Positions 40,234-48,710 of a DNA stretch of 64,000 bases are shown piece by piece. The position numbers and the translations under genes are program-made. The stretch is from Patescibacteria group bacterium (GTDB taxonomy: Bacteria; Patescibacteriota; Patescibacteriia; 2-12-FULL-57-11). Each line of letters opens with the position of its first letter. Positions within the stretch are counted from its first letter, which is position 1. The notes under the pieces are model-generated. The model was not told the origin of the DNA, did no database searches, and saw only the letters and a program-made list of their open reading frames with translations. Where the stretch lies: positions 29,862 to 93,861 of the forward strand of contig SCUL01000001.1 in the NCBI GenBank assembly GCA_004297205.1. The letters run 5' to 3'.

Positions 40234-41775
40234 ATGTCCACCCCCGCCCTCAGCGCCTCGAAACCTGCGGACCCGACGGTCTACCTGATCCGCCATCCTT
40301 GGCAGATCCGCCTGGTGTATGTCCTCGGCATCCTGACCTGGTTCAGCGTTGTCTGGGGATACGTCTTGTTCTTCCAGCTCAACCCCTGGTACTGGCTGAT
40401 CTTCGGCCCGATCGTCGGCGTGTTCACGATCTATCACGTGCTCGCCTACGGCATCAACGCCTGCTATCCGGGCTTCGACCTGGCCGCGCACGAGCGGCGC
40501 GTGAAAAGCCATTGGCAGCACGCCACCGCTCCGGCCGTCGACATCTTCGTCCCCGTGGCCGGCGAATCCGTCGACCTCTTGCGCCGCACGTTTGCCGCGG
40601 TCCGTGTCATCGACTACGGGCCGAAGACAGTCTACGTCCTCGATGACAAGCCGAGCGCCGCCGTGCGCCAGCTGGCCGGCGAGATGGGTTTCCGGTACCT
40701 GACGCGCCCCGACCCGGGGCACATGAAGAAGTCCGGCAACCTCAAGCACGGCCATGAGAACAGCACCAGCCCGTTCATCGCCTACTTCGACGCCGACTTC
40801 GCGCCGCACCCGCAGTTCCTGCGCGAGCTGCTCCCCTACATGGACGACCCGAGGGTGGCCATCGTCCAGTCGCCGCAGTACTTCGACGTCGATGCCGCGC
40901 TGCATGAACGCGCGCCCGTGGCCTTCGGCGCCGGCCATTTGCAGCAGGACTTCTACCGCATCATCCAGCCGGCGCGCGACCGCTTCGGCGCGGCCATCTG
41001 CGTCGGCACCAACGCCCTCTACCGCCGCAGCGCGCTCGATGCGGTGGGCGGCGTCGAGCAGATCGAACACAGCGAAGACATCCTGACCGGCTTCAAGCTG
41101 ACCGCGCAGGGCTGGAAGATCCGTTACGTGCCGCTCGTGCTTGCCACCGGCTTCTGCCCCGAGGACATCCATACCTATTTCCACCAGCAGCACCGTTGGT
41201 GTTCCGGCACGCTCACGCTCTGCCTCTCGAAGCGTTTCTGGACGGCGCACCTGCCGCTCGCCATCAAGCTCTGCTACCTGGCCGGCTTTTTCTACTACCT
41301 GTTCCAGCCGCTGGCGCTTCTGATGGTGTTCCAAATGTTCGTCGTGCTGTTCCTCCACTTCGACGCCATCACCCTCCGCCATGCGCTACCGTTCGTGCCC
41401 CACATCCTGTTCATCACGCTCGTGATCCCGCTGACCCGCGGCACGGCCTCGCGCTTCGGCACATTCCTGGCGCGTACCACCCACGTCTTCAGCGCAAGCC
41501 ATGCCATCCTCTCGCACGCCGCCGGCCGCCGGCTTGAATGGCAGCCGACCAACGTCCGCGTGACGCGGGTCTCCCCCGCCTTCCTGCTGCTCCTGGGCAT
41601 GAGCGCGCTCCACTTCGGCCTGCAGGCAGTGCTCGTCGTCCTCGCGGTGATGACGTATCACGCCGCGCTGATCCGGCTCCACTATTTCCCGGTGACCCTG
41701 TGGATCGCCTACCACCTCGTCACCGGCGGCATGTTCCTCGCGCACGCGACGGCCGCAATGCGCCGTCCGGCATAA
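40234..41775 (+). CDS. Membrane glycosyltransferase family 2, cellulose synthase/BcsA-like processive beta-glycan synthase
   Basis: N-terminal TMs, a GT2 core (D, DAD...) with QQHRW (QxxRW) and C-terminal TMs. Confidence 0.85.
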   Translation: MSTPALSASKPADPTVYLIRHPWQIRLVYVLGILTWFSVVWGYVLFFQLNPWYWLIFGPIVGVFTIYHVLAYGINACYPGFDLAAHERRVKSHWQHATAPAVDIFVPVAGESVDLLRRTFAAVRVIDYGPKTVYVLDDKPSAAVRQLAGEMGFRYLTRPDPGHMKKSGNLKHGHENSTSPFIAYFDADFAPHPQFLRELLPYMDDPRVAIVQSPQYFDVDAALHERAPVAFGAGHLQQDFYRIIQPARDRFGAAICVGTNALYRRSALDAVGGVEQIEHSEDILTGFKLTAQGWKIRYVPLVLATGFCPEDIHTYFHQQHRWCSGTLTLCLSKRFWTAHLPLAIKLCYLAGFFYYLFQPLALLMVFQMFVVLFLHFDAITLRHALPFVPHILFITLVIPLTRGTASRFGTFLARTTHVFSASHAILSHAAGRRLEWQPTNVRVTRVSPAFLLLLGMSALHFGLQAVLVVLAVMTYHAALIRLHYFPVTLWIAYHLVTGGMFLAHATAAMRRPA

Positions 41776-41802
41776 AAAAGCCCCTCCGGCGAACGGATGG
41801 GC

Positions 41803-42459
41803 TCATGCCACGATGACCTGCCACACCTGCGGATGCAGCGTGCTGTTGTAGACCACGCACTCCGAGAGCATGCGGACGAGCGGCGTGCGCTGCAGCGCGA
41901 CCTTCCGCCACGGCGCGCCGAGACGCGCAGAGAGCAGCCATGCGCGCAGGATGTCGAGCGTATGCTGCAGGACGCGCTGCTCGATTTTGAACGCAGCCGA
42001 GTGGTGCGGGAAGAGCGACTTGAACGCCGCGGTCGTCTGCGCATGCAAGCGGATCCAGGCAGTGGAGGACTCCAGCTTCTTCAGGATCGCGGCCGTTTCC
42101 GGAGGATGATTCGCCGCGGCCATCAACCCCCGCAACAGCCACTGCTCGCCGAAGTTGCGCGTCGCGAGCGGATTCGCCCTCTCGTGACGATGGGACAGCG
42201 CAGGTGCGCCGTCCTCCGCCGTCGCCGCGGCGATGAGCGCGCGCAGCGAAACGGGGTGGACCTGGACGCCGTTGTGTCCGAAGGACGCGCCGATCGCTTC
42301 CGCCGTCCGGCAGAGCAGCGCATCGGATGCCGACGCCAGCGCGAACGATCCGCCCGTGAGCCGCGCCCGATACGTCGCCAACGCTTTCTCGAGAACGAGC
42401 CGTTGCTTCCTGGGAATCGACCGGGCCGGAAGCAGCACGGCCGCGTCTTTCGAAAACAT
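41803..42459 (-). CDS. Hypothetical cytoplasmic protein (218 aa)
   Basis: Start MFSKDAAVLL preceded by AAGAGGAAACGG. No family recognised. Confidence 0.5.
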   Translation of the reverse strand: MFSKDAAVLLPARSIPRKQRLVLEKALATYRARLTGGSFALASASDALLCRTAEAIGASFGHNGVQVHPVSLRALIAAATAEDGAPALSHRHERANPLATRNFGEQWLLRGLMAAANHPPETAAILKKLESSTAWIRLHAQTTAAFKSLFPHHSAAFKIEQRVLQHTLDILRAWLLSARLGAPWRKVALQRTPLVRMLSECVVYNSTLHPQVWQVIVA

Positions 42460-42535
42460 CCGTTTCCTCTTTCTGCCGCGGCTCTTCCGCAGCCGCCGCA
42501 CCTTAGCGCGCCTGCCGCAAAAGCAAAAGAGTCTT

Positions 42536-45500
42536 CTAAAAATTCCTGCCGTCCCCCGGATACTGGACCGACGCCGCGGCGGTCGCCGGATCGTAGTCGG
42601 CGGGAGAGATCACGTCGCTGCCAAAGGCGTAGTTGCCGTAGAGGACGTCATTCACGTCATCGACCATCTGATTCCAATCGGGGCCGTAGATCGTGGCCGC
42701 GATGAGTTCGGAGGTGATCCAACGCAGGATGCCGCCGGAAGCGACGGCGTAGACTTTGGGATCGGTCAGGAACTTCACGAGACTGACGCCGGGCTTCGAG
42801 GTGACGTTTGCGCCGAGCGGGATGGTGGCGAGGTCCGACGCGCTCACGATCTGGATGCCGTTGAAGTCAGGGTACCAGGTGAAATAGACGTTTTCGTTCG
42901 GAAACGCATGGCGCTTGCCGTCGGTGCCGACGTCATAGACGGCGGGGTTGTCCGGCGTTTTGACGAGCGCATGGACAGCGACGTTGAGTCTTTGGAGATT
43001 GTCGAGAAGAGCGGTGGTCGGGGCGTTTGACGGCAGGGGTGCGGAGGTTGCAGGTGCGGGAGAAGCCGAAACCGTTCCTGTGACGGTGAGGAGGATCGTA
43101 TCCGTGTATGTCCCGGATGCGCCGCCGTTTGCGGTGTAGAACCGGACGTACACCGAGTGGTTGCCTGCGGCACAGACGGACAGACCCGTACAAAGGTTCC
43201 AGGATTTCGTTCTCGAGTACGTCTCAAGAGGAATGTTCGTGAAGTCCGCGCTGTTTGAAATCGCCATCGTCGCCGTGTCCGAACCGCCGATGAGCGTCAG
43301 CGTCACCGCCGTGCTCGTCGTGGATGGAGCGCCGCCGTTCACCGAGATGCTGAACCCGGTCATGGGGGGCTGGGGCGCGGAAACGTCGCCCCCGCCGCGG
43401 GTGACAGCCACGGTCGCCTGCCCGAACAAACCGAAGGTCGAGAATTGCGTGGTGGTGCACGTGACGGTATTCGTCTGTTCGTTCACGGAACAGCCCGTGA
43501 GCACGCTCCAAGCGGTCCCGTTCCAGCGGTAGATCCGCAAACTGGATTCATCAATGCCGGAAACATCGGCGGAGGCATACGCAATTCTCAGCGTGATGGG
43601 GTTGTTGAAGGACGTGATGGCCGTCGAAACGCCGGAGAGCGCTTGCAGGCTGTACATGTAACTGCCAATGGCGGAATAACCGCTCGGGGCGCTCGCCGTT
43701 GCAAGCACGGAGGCGGAATCCAGCTGGTTGATCTGGAAATTCGCATCGCTGCCGGAGAACGCCGCGGGCACGGTGAGCGTGATGCCGGTAGCGCCGCTCA
43801 ACAGGTTCATGGTGCCGCCGGCGGCAGCCGTCATGTCGGCGCTCGTTGATGCGGTGACGGCCGCGGAGCCGGTGCATCCGGTCGTCGTGAATGTGGCGTC
43901 CGACCCGGTGCCCAGGTTCGCATACGAGTCATTGGAACGCGGACGGTAATGGTAGGTCGTACACGGCAACAGTCCCGTGAGCGAGACGCTGTGGCTCGTG
44001 ACACGCGGCGATGTATCCGCTTCGGTGGACGTGCTGCCGTAGGCCGTCGTCAATCCGTAGTTGACCATCGAAGACCCGAGCTCGTTTGTCGTCCAAACGA
44101 CTTCCGCTCCCGACGCATTCGGCGTGGCGACAACGGAGGAGAACGTCGGACCAGCGAGATCGAATGCGAGAGAAATTTCCGCCGCGTTCGCCGTCTCATT
44201 CACCGTGGTCGCGTCGTTGTCATACGCAGAAACCGTGAAATAGTAAGTCTGTGCCGTGAGGCCGCTGATGTTCTTCGATAAGACGTTACCGACGTCCACC
44301 GTCGTCGTATAAACGCCCGGGGACGTGCCGTACTTCACCTTGTATCCGGCGACGGTGGCATCCACGGTCGAAAGATTGTTCCATGACAGTTGAACCGTAC
44401 TCGTCACCTGCGATGCGCTGAAACTCTTCGGACTCATGATGGAGAGCGCCCACAATCGCGCCATCTGCGTATGTCCGGCGGCGGTCGGATGCACGGGATC
44501 GCCCCCGTATAAGGCGATGTGGTTGCCGTAATACGTCCAGAAATCAGGCCCGCCGCCGAGTGCGTTGTTGCTCCGCAAGGTGACGATGTTCGGCAGATAA
44601 TTTTCGGTGTACGTATAGACGTTGCTGTAACTCGGTTTGGCGAGCCACATGGACGAACTCGCCGCGCCGTACGTGCTGGCGAGCGTGTTCATGATGGTCT
44701 GCATCTGTGACTGAAAATTCGTCGGTGTGACGGTCGCAATGCCGTCGTTCACGCCGAGGTGGATCAGCCACTTGTTCGGCACCAATGCCGCCTGCCGCGT
44801 CGACCACTGGCCGGTAGCCATGAGCGTGATGTAGTCCGTGGCTTTATAGCTTCCCCAGCCTTCATTCATGACGAACACCGGGTATCCGTAGTAGGTCGTG
44901 AGTTCGTCATTCAGTTCCGACATCCAGCTTTTCTTGTAAGAGAGCGATGTGGGTCCGAACTGGGCGAAGTTGCGATTGTCTGCTGACAGTGAACCCGCTG
45001 GCGCGTCTATCCAGCTCGTCACGGCCGTGGCGCCGTAATCCGTTCCGTAATACCCCTCCGTGATGGAATCGCCGATCGCCGTAATGATGTCGCCGATGCC
45101 GATGCTTGTAGCAGTGTCCTGATCGCCGGCGCCGGTCTGCACCACCTGCGAAGAATTCACGACATGCGCATCCAGGGTATACGTACCCTTGGCAAGCCCA
45201 GTAAAACTCGCGGTGAACGGCGAACTCATGTCGTACAACGACTGCTCGGTGCCGAGCCCCTCATTCAAAATGAACTTCACGCCGCCTCCGGCCGGTAAGA
45301 CGGTGCTGCCGACCGTTGCTGCGACCGCAAGCGTCGTGCTCGTCTGGATGTACGGGATGTAAAAGGTACCGCCCTCGTCGGTGATCGCGACGGTCGCGGT
45401 CTGAGGAGAAAGCGCGACGCTGCGAGACGGCGACGTGATGCTGATCGCGTCACTCGACGTGCCGTAGGCGTAAAAATTGTCGAACGAACCCGCGACCACA

Positions 45501-47014
45501 TTCACCCCGGCGGCAACGTATCCGGAAGCAAACGGACTTGAACCGTCCGTGTACGTCATGAGCGGCGCGCCGCGCGTTCCGCCCACCGGGTAGATGTAGG
45601 CTTGCAACACGGGGTTTCCGCTCGGATTGTCGACGGCTTCGAGCTCCATCGTGTACCACACGCCGTTCGTCAGGGCGTAGCTCGCCGTGGTCAACGTCGT
45701 ATTGCCCGGTGCGCCGGCCGCGTGTTTCAACAAGTACCACGAGCTGGCATCGGCATGATGCAGCAGGTACCCGCCCCCGTTGCCCGTCGCCGCGGTTTTT
45801 CTCACCCACAACTGATGGTTATCTCCCGTTGATTCCAAAAAATCCACTTTCACCCGTTCGTTGACCCAGGCCGACTGGCCGTTTGCGATTTGATTCGTAT
45901 CGAACGTCCCAACGCCGCTCGTCTCACTCACCACTTTACCGCCGTTTCCCGCGGCGACCGCCCACGTTCCTGCGCCGACCGCTTGCCAGCTGTTTTGGCC
46001 GGCAATGGCCGCGGTGTTCAGCGCGTCAAACGTGTCCGAAAAAATCAAGTCCAACGGCTTTGAATTCGGATTGTTCGACGAAAGCCCTGTCCCGTCCGAT
46101 GTCACCGCCTTGACGTTGAACTCGTATCGGACGCCGTTCGTCAATCCCGTGACGGTCGCCGTTGCGGAAGCGCTCGTCCCATCGTCGAAGGTCGTCCATG
46201 TTGTTGCACCGTATATGCGGTATTGGATGACGTAATCTGTTACTGGATTGGCCGTCGAAGGCGCCGTCCAGTTCAGCAACATCGACCCGTCAAGACTGCT
46301 TGCCGTGAGGTCGGTAACGACCGCATCCGTGCCGGTCACGGAGACATCATCAAAGGTGCTCGCCGTCGTTGATGACTCGAGAAAAATCGGCTTATTCGTA
46401 ATGCTCGTGTCAACGGTCATGGAACACTGCGAGACAAGCCCGGCGCCCGTGTCCATCAACACATCGAAACCCGTTGCCGTCACGAGGAGTTTGTACGTCG
46501 CACCGCTGGTGAGCGTTCCACAACTTAGATTTGAATCTACTAACAATCCGTTGCTCCAGTGCAACGCATAAATCGGACCGGATGTTCCTGAGAGATCGAT
46601 AATATATGCCTTGGTGCCCGCTGCTTGAAAATTATAATCACCGTATCCAAGCAACTGAGCGGACCCCGGCGTCATCTTTGCGACGATGCTCAAATTCGTT
46701 CTTTGGAACGTACTCACGGAATAAACCGCCGTGTTCCCCCATGTTCCGGAAAGACTGTTTGAGACGGATAAGCTGCCGTTCTGCGAAATATTCGCGCCGG
46801 GATCGACGACCGTCCACTTGGCGGTGTCGATCGTCGAACCCGTGAACGTATCCGTCAAAAGAGTTGCTGCAAAAGTGAACGGTGCATGATGAAGGAAAGC
46901 GACGACGCTACCGATGACAAACAATGCGCCGAATACAAATACGCGTAACTTCGAGGACCCCCCCCCCGCGGTTTTTGCCGTTTTTTGATCATAATTCCGT
47001 TGCAACGACCGCAA
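42536..47014 (-). CDS. Giant secreted surface protein (1492 aa) with multiple FN3-like modules and an SGNH/GDSL hydrolase domain
   Basis: TTG-initiated ORF. Signal peptide ...LRVFVFGALFVIGSVVAFLHHAPFTFA. IGDSITEGYYG (GDSL block I). Several about 90-aa modules with ...YEFNVKAVT... / ...YYFTVSAYD... FN3 signatures. Confidence 0.8.
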   Translation of the reverse strand: MRSLQRNYDQKTAKTAGGGSSKLRVFVFGALFVIGSVVAFLHHAPFTFAATLLTDTFTGSTIDTAKWTVVDPGANISQNGSLSVSNSLSGTWGNTAVYSVSTFQRTNLSIVAKMTPGSAQLLGYGDYNFQAAGTKAYIIDLSGTSGPIYALHWSNGLLVDSNLSCGTLTSGATYKLLVTATGFDVLMDTGAGLVSQCSMTVDTSITNKPIFLESSTTASTFDDVSVTGTDAVVTDLTASSLDGSMLLNWTAPSTANPVTDYVIQYRIYGATTWTTFDDGTSASATATVTGLTNGVRYEFNVKAVTSDGTGLSSNNPNSKPLDLIFSDTFDALNTAAIAGQNSWQAVGAGTWAVAAGNGGKVVSETSGVGTFDTNQIANGQSAWVNERVKVDFLESTGDNHQLWVRKTAATGNGGGYLLHHADASSWYLLKHAAGAPGNTTLTTASYALTNGVWYTMELEAVDNPSGNPVLQAYIYPVGGTRGAPLMTYTDGSSPFASGYVAAGVNVVAGSFDNFYAYGTSSDAISITSPSRSVALSPQTATVAITDEGGTFYIPYIQTSTTLAVAATVGSTVLPAGGGVKFILNEGLGTEQSLYDMSSPFTASFTGLAKGTYTLDAHVVNSSQVVQTGAGDQDTATSIGIGDIITAIGDSITEGYYGTDYGATAVTSWIDAPAGSLSADNRNFAQFGPTSLSYKKSWMSELNDELTTYYGYPVFVMNEGWGSYKATDYITLMATGQWSTRQAALVPNKWLIHLGVNDGIATVTPTNFQSQMQTIMNTLASTYGAASSSMWLAKPSYSNVYTYTENYLPNIVTLRSNNALGGGPDFWTYYGNHIALYGGDPVHPTAAGHTQMARLWALSIMSPKSFSASQVTSTVQLSWNNLSTVDATVAGYKVKYGTSPGVYTTTVDVGNVLSKNISGLTAQTYYFTVSAYDNDATTVNETANAAEISLAFDLAGPTFSSVVATPNASGAEVVWTTNELGSSMVNYGLTTAYGSTSTEADTSPRVTSHSVSLTGLLPCTTYHYRPRSNDSYANLGTGSDATFTTTGCTGSAAVTASTSADMTAAAGGTMNLLSGATGITLTVPAAFSGSDANFQINQLDSASVLATASAPSGYSAIGSYMYSLQALSGVSTAITSFNNPITLRIAYASADVSGIDESSLRIYRWNGTAWSVLTGCSVNEQTNTVTCTTTQFSTFGLFGQATVAVTRGGGDVSAPQPPMTGFSISVNGGAPSTTSTAVTLTLIGGSDTATMAISNSADFTNIPLETYSRTKSWNLCTGLSVCAAGNHSVYVRFYTANGGASGTYTDTILLTVTGTVSASPAPATSAPLPSNAPTTALLDNLQRLNVAVHALVKTPDNPAVYDVGTDGKRHAFPNENVYFTWYPDFNGIQIVSASDLATIPLGANVTSKPGVSLVKFLTDPKVYAVASGGILRWITSELIAATIYGPDWNQMVDDVNDVLYGNYAFGSDVISPADYDPATAAASVQYPGDGRNF

Positions 47015-47091
47015 TGATTAGAGTATAACAAAATTCCAATCTCCATAAAAGGTTGTCCTTTGGGCATTTTTCGCGTATCTTTCCGTCGTAC

Positions 47092-47165
47092 TCCGGGGTC
47101 GTCTAATGGTAGGACATGGGCCTTTGAAGCCCAGTATCATGGTTCGAATCCATGTCCCGGAACCA
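47092..47165 (+). tRNA. tRNA-Gln (anticodon UUG)
   Basis: Cloverleaf: acceptor tccgggg/tcccgga, D-arm gtct..ggac, anticodon arm tgggc-cuUUGaa-gccca, T-arm catgg-ttcgaat-ccatg, discriminator A, encoded CCA. Confidence 0.9.
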
Positions 47166-47197
47166 AAAGAGCGCCACAGCTGTGGCGCTCTTTTCGT
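47166..47197 (+). terminator. Intrinsic terminator after tRNA-Gln
   Basis: AGAGCGCCACA-GC-TGTGGCGCTCT followed by TTTCGTTTG. Confidence 0.65.
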
Positions 47198-47279
47198 TTG
47201 AGAAAAAGAAGAACTTGCCACTCGAAAGCATTTGCCTCGTACCGCCGAGGCCTGTAGAGACATCAGTCGATGGGTCAAG

Positions 47280-47800
47280 CGCGGACTCTAGATTGTGACA
47301 AATCAACCTAAGAGATACCCTGCTCACTGAAAGGTGTTAACTTGTCTCTAGACTATGACCGCCGACCCATACTTTCAGCCAGTGTCGGGAGACGAGTTGG
47401 CTGATACTTTCCGGCAAAAATGTGGCGACTCCCCGATCGCAACATATGATACCGATTATCAGTTCAATTATCTGAATCTCACTCTACTTCTTGGAATAGT
47501 GATTGTTGCTGCTTTGATAATTCACAAAAACCGTTCAAGAGTTGCAAAGCATGCAATGAGGATTGGAATATTTCTAAAAAGCCATATTTTGACTTCTCTC
47601 TTAATAATCTTGGCAATCACGTTGTCCTTCTCAATTGCCGCAGGCAACTTGGAGCTCAGGAATCGGATGGAAGAAAGTCTTGGACGCATTCCCGATCACT
47701 TTTACTCGGTTAACCATACCCCAACAAAGGCATACTTGGATGCTTATCAGGAATATTGGGGGTGCGGTAACAGCTTCTAAAAGACCTCCTCGGAACCAAA
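47280..47800. other. Low-GC islet (about 40% GC against about 68% flanks) immediately 3' of tRNA-Gln
   Basis: Visibly AT-rich 60-nt blocks (30-45% GC) spanning one small ORF. Short imperfect direct repeats ctctagattgtgac (47286) and ctctagactatgac (47346). Confidence 0.4.
47355..47780 (+). CDS. Low-GC small membrane protein (141 aa), likely horizontally acquired
   Basis: ATG start. Two TM helices (LTLLLGIVIVAALII and ILTSLLIILAITLSFSIAAG). Codon usage clearly AT-rich, unlike its neighbours. Confidence 0.5.
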   Translation: MTADPYFQPVSGDELADTFRQKCGDSPIATYDTDYQFNYLNLTLLLGIVIVAALIIHKNRSRVAKHAMRIGIFLKSHILTSLLIILAITLSFSIAAGNLELRNRMEESLGRIPDHFYSVNHTPTKAYLDAYQEYWGCGNSF

Positions 47801-47830
47801 AGCGCCTCGCATCTTGCGAGGCGCTTTTTG
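47798..47830. terminator. Bidirectional intrinsic terminator
   Basis: AAAGCGCCTCGC-ATCTT-GCGAGGCGCTTT followed by TTG, flanked by an A-run and a T-run. Confidence 0.6.
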
Positions 47831-47851
47831 CATAAAAAACACCCGCCGCAG

Positions 47852-48370
47852 TCAGCGGAGGGGCATGCGGTAGACGTGCGTGTCCACGCGCTCGTAGCCG
47901 AGGTTGACGTAGAACTGATGTGCATCGGCGCGGTGCGCGCGGCTGGTGAGCTGCATGCGCACGACGTTCTCGGCCTTGGCGACGCGATGCGCAATCGTCA
48001 TGAGCGTCCGGGCGATCCCCTGGCGCTGATGGGACGCGGTGACGATGACGTTGTGGATCGTCGCGTAGCGCCCGTGCATCGACTCGTGGATGCACAGCGT
48101 GACCATGCCGACAACATGTCCACGCCAGTCTTCGGCAACGAAGACGCGCTCCTTCTCGACCGTCGCCGCGATCGCCTCGGGCTTCAGCTCCACGTCGCGA
48201 CCGGACAACTCGCACAGCAGTTTCCAGACGTCCTTGGTAGAACTCTCGTCCAACGGCACATCATGGCGGTCGATCTCCTGCGGCCAGGAGTCGACACGGG
48301 ACAGCTCTGGCCGGGACAGATACCCGTAGCTGAGCACTTTTGTAACCCAGAGCGGAATCTCTTCCGACAT
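47852..48370 (-). CDS. GNAT family N-acetyltransferase
   Basis: ...VVGMVTLCIHESMHGRYATIHNVIVTASHQRQGIARTLM... contains GNAT motif A (Q/RxxGxA-like). Confidence 0.85.
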   Translation of the reverse strand: MSEEIPLWVTKVLSYGYLSRPELSRVDSWPQEIDRHDVPLDESSTKDVWKLLCELSGRDVELKPEAIAATVEKERVFVAEDWRGHVVGMVTLCIHESMHGRYATIHNVIVTASHQRQGIARTLMTIAHRVAKAENVVRMQLTSRAHRADAHQFYVNLGYERVDTHVYRMPLR

Positions 48371-48430
48371 GACAAACCTCCCGGCGCAGCGTACGCGGCG
48401 GCCGGGAGGAGGTCAATGACGGCGACCTTC

Positions 48431-48700
48431 TTACTTCATCTTCACGACCGTGTTCCAAATCATGGCGAGGACCCAACCCACGACGTAGCCGAAGAGGAAC
48501 GTCACGACGACGAGCCCGATCGCCGATCCGAGATTGAACGGCAGCACGGTGTACGGCGGCGTGATCATGTGCAGCCGGAAAATGAAGTCCAAGAACGGCT
48601 GTGCCAACCCCAAGAGGACGAGCAGCGACCAGACGAGGTGCCACAGGCCGAGGAAACTGCCGAAAATAAGACCGCACTTCTGCACATTGAGGGTGTTCAT
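48431..48700 (-). CDS. Small membrane protein (2 TM), hypothetical
   Basis: MNTLNVQKCGLIFGSFLGLWHLVWSLLVLLGLAQ... Immediately upstream of ftsX. Confidence 0.45.
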   Translation of the reverse strand: MNTLNVQKCGLIFGSFLGLWHLVWSLLVLLGLAQPFLDFIFRLHMITPPYTVLPFNLGSAIGLVVVTFLFGYVVGWVLAMIWNTVVKMK

Positions 48701-48710
48701 ACCCAATGGG

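Noticed and set aside
46950-46990. Apparent disagreement between my base-by-base count of the homopolymer runs and the six-frame translation
   Set aside because: The disagreement is not a feature. It most likely reflects my manual miscount of adjacent mono-nucleotide runs. It is kept as a caveat on the phase-variation finding rather than interpreted as a real frameshift or pseudogene.
47018-47327. Short ORFs overlapping tRNA-Gln on both strands (86 aa, 65 aa, 74 aa)
   Set aside because: They are translations through a tRNA gene and its terminator. The tRNA cloverleaf is unambiguous.
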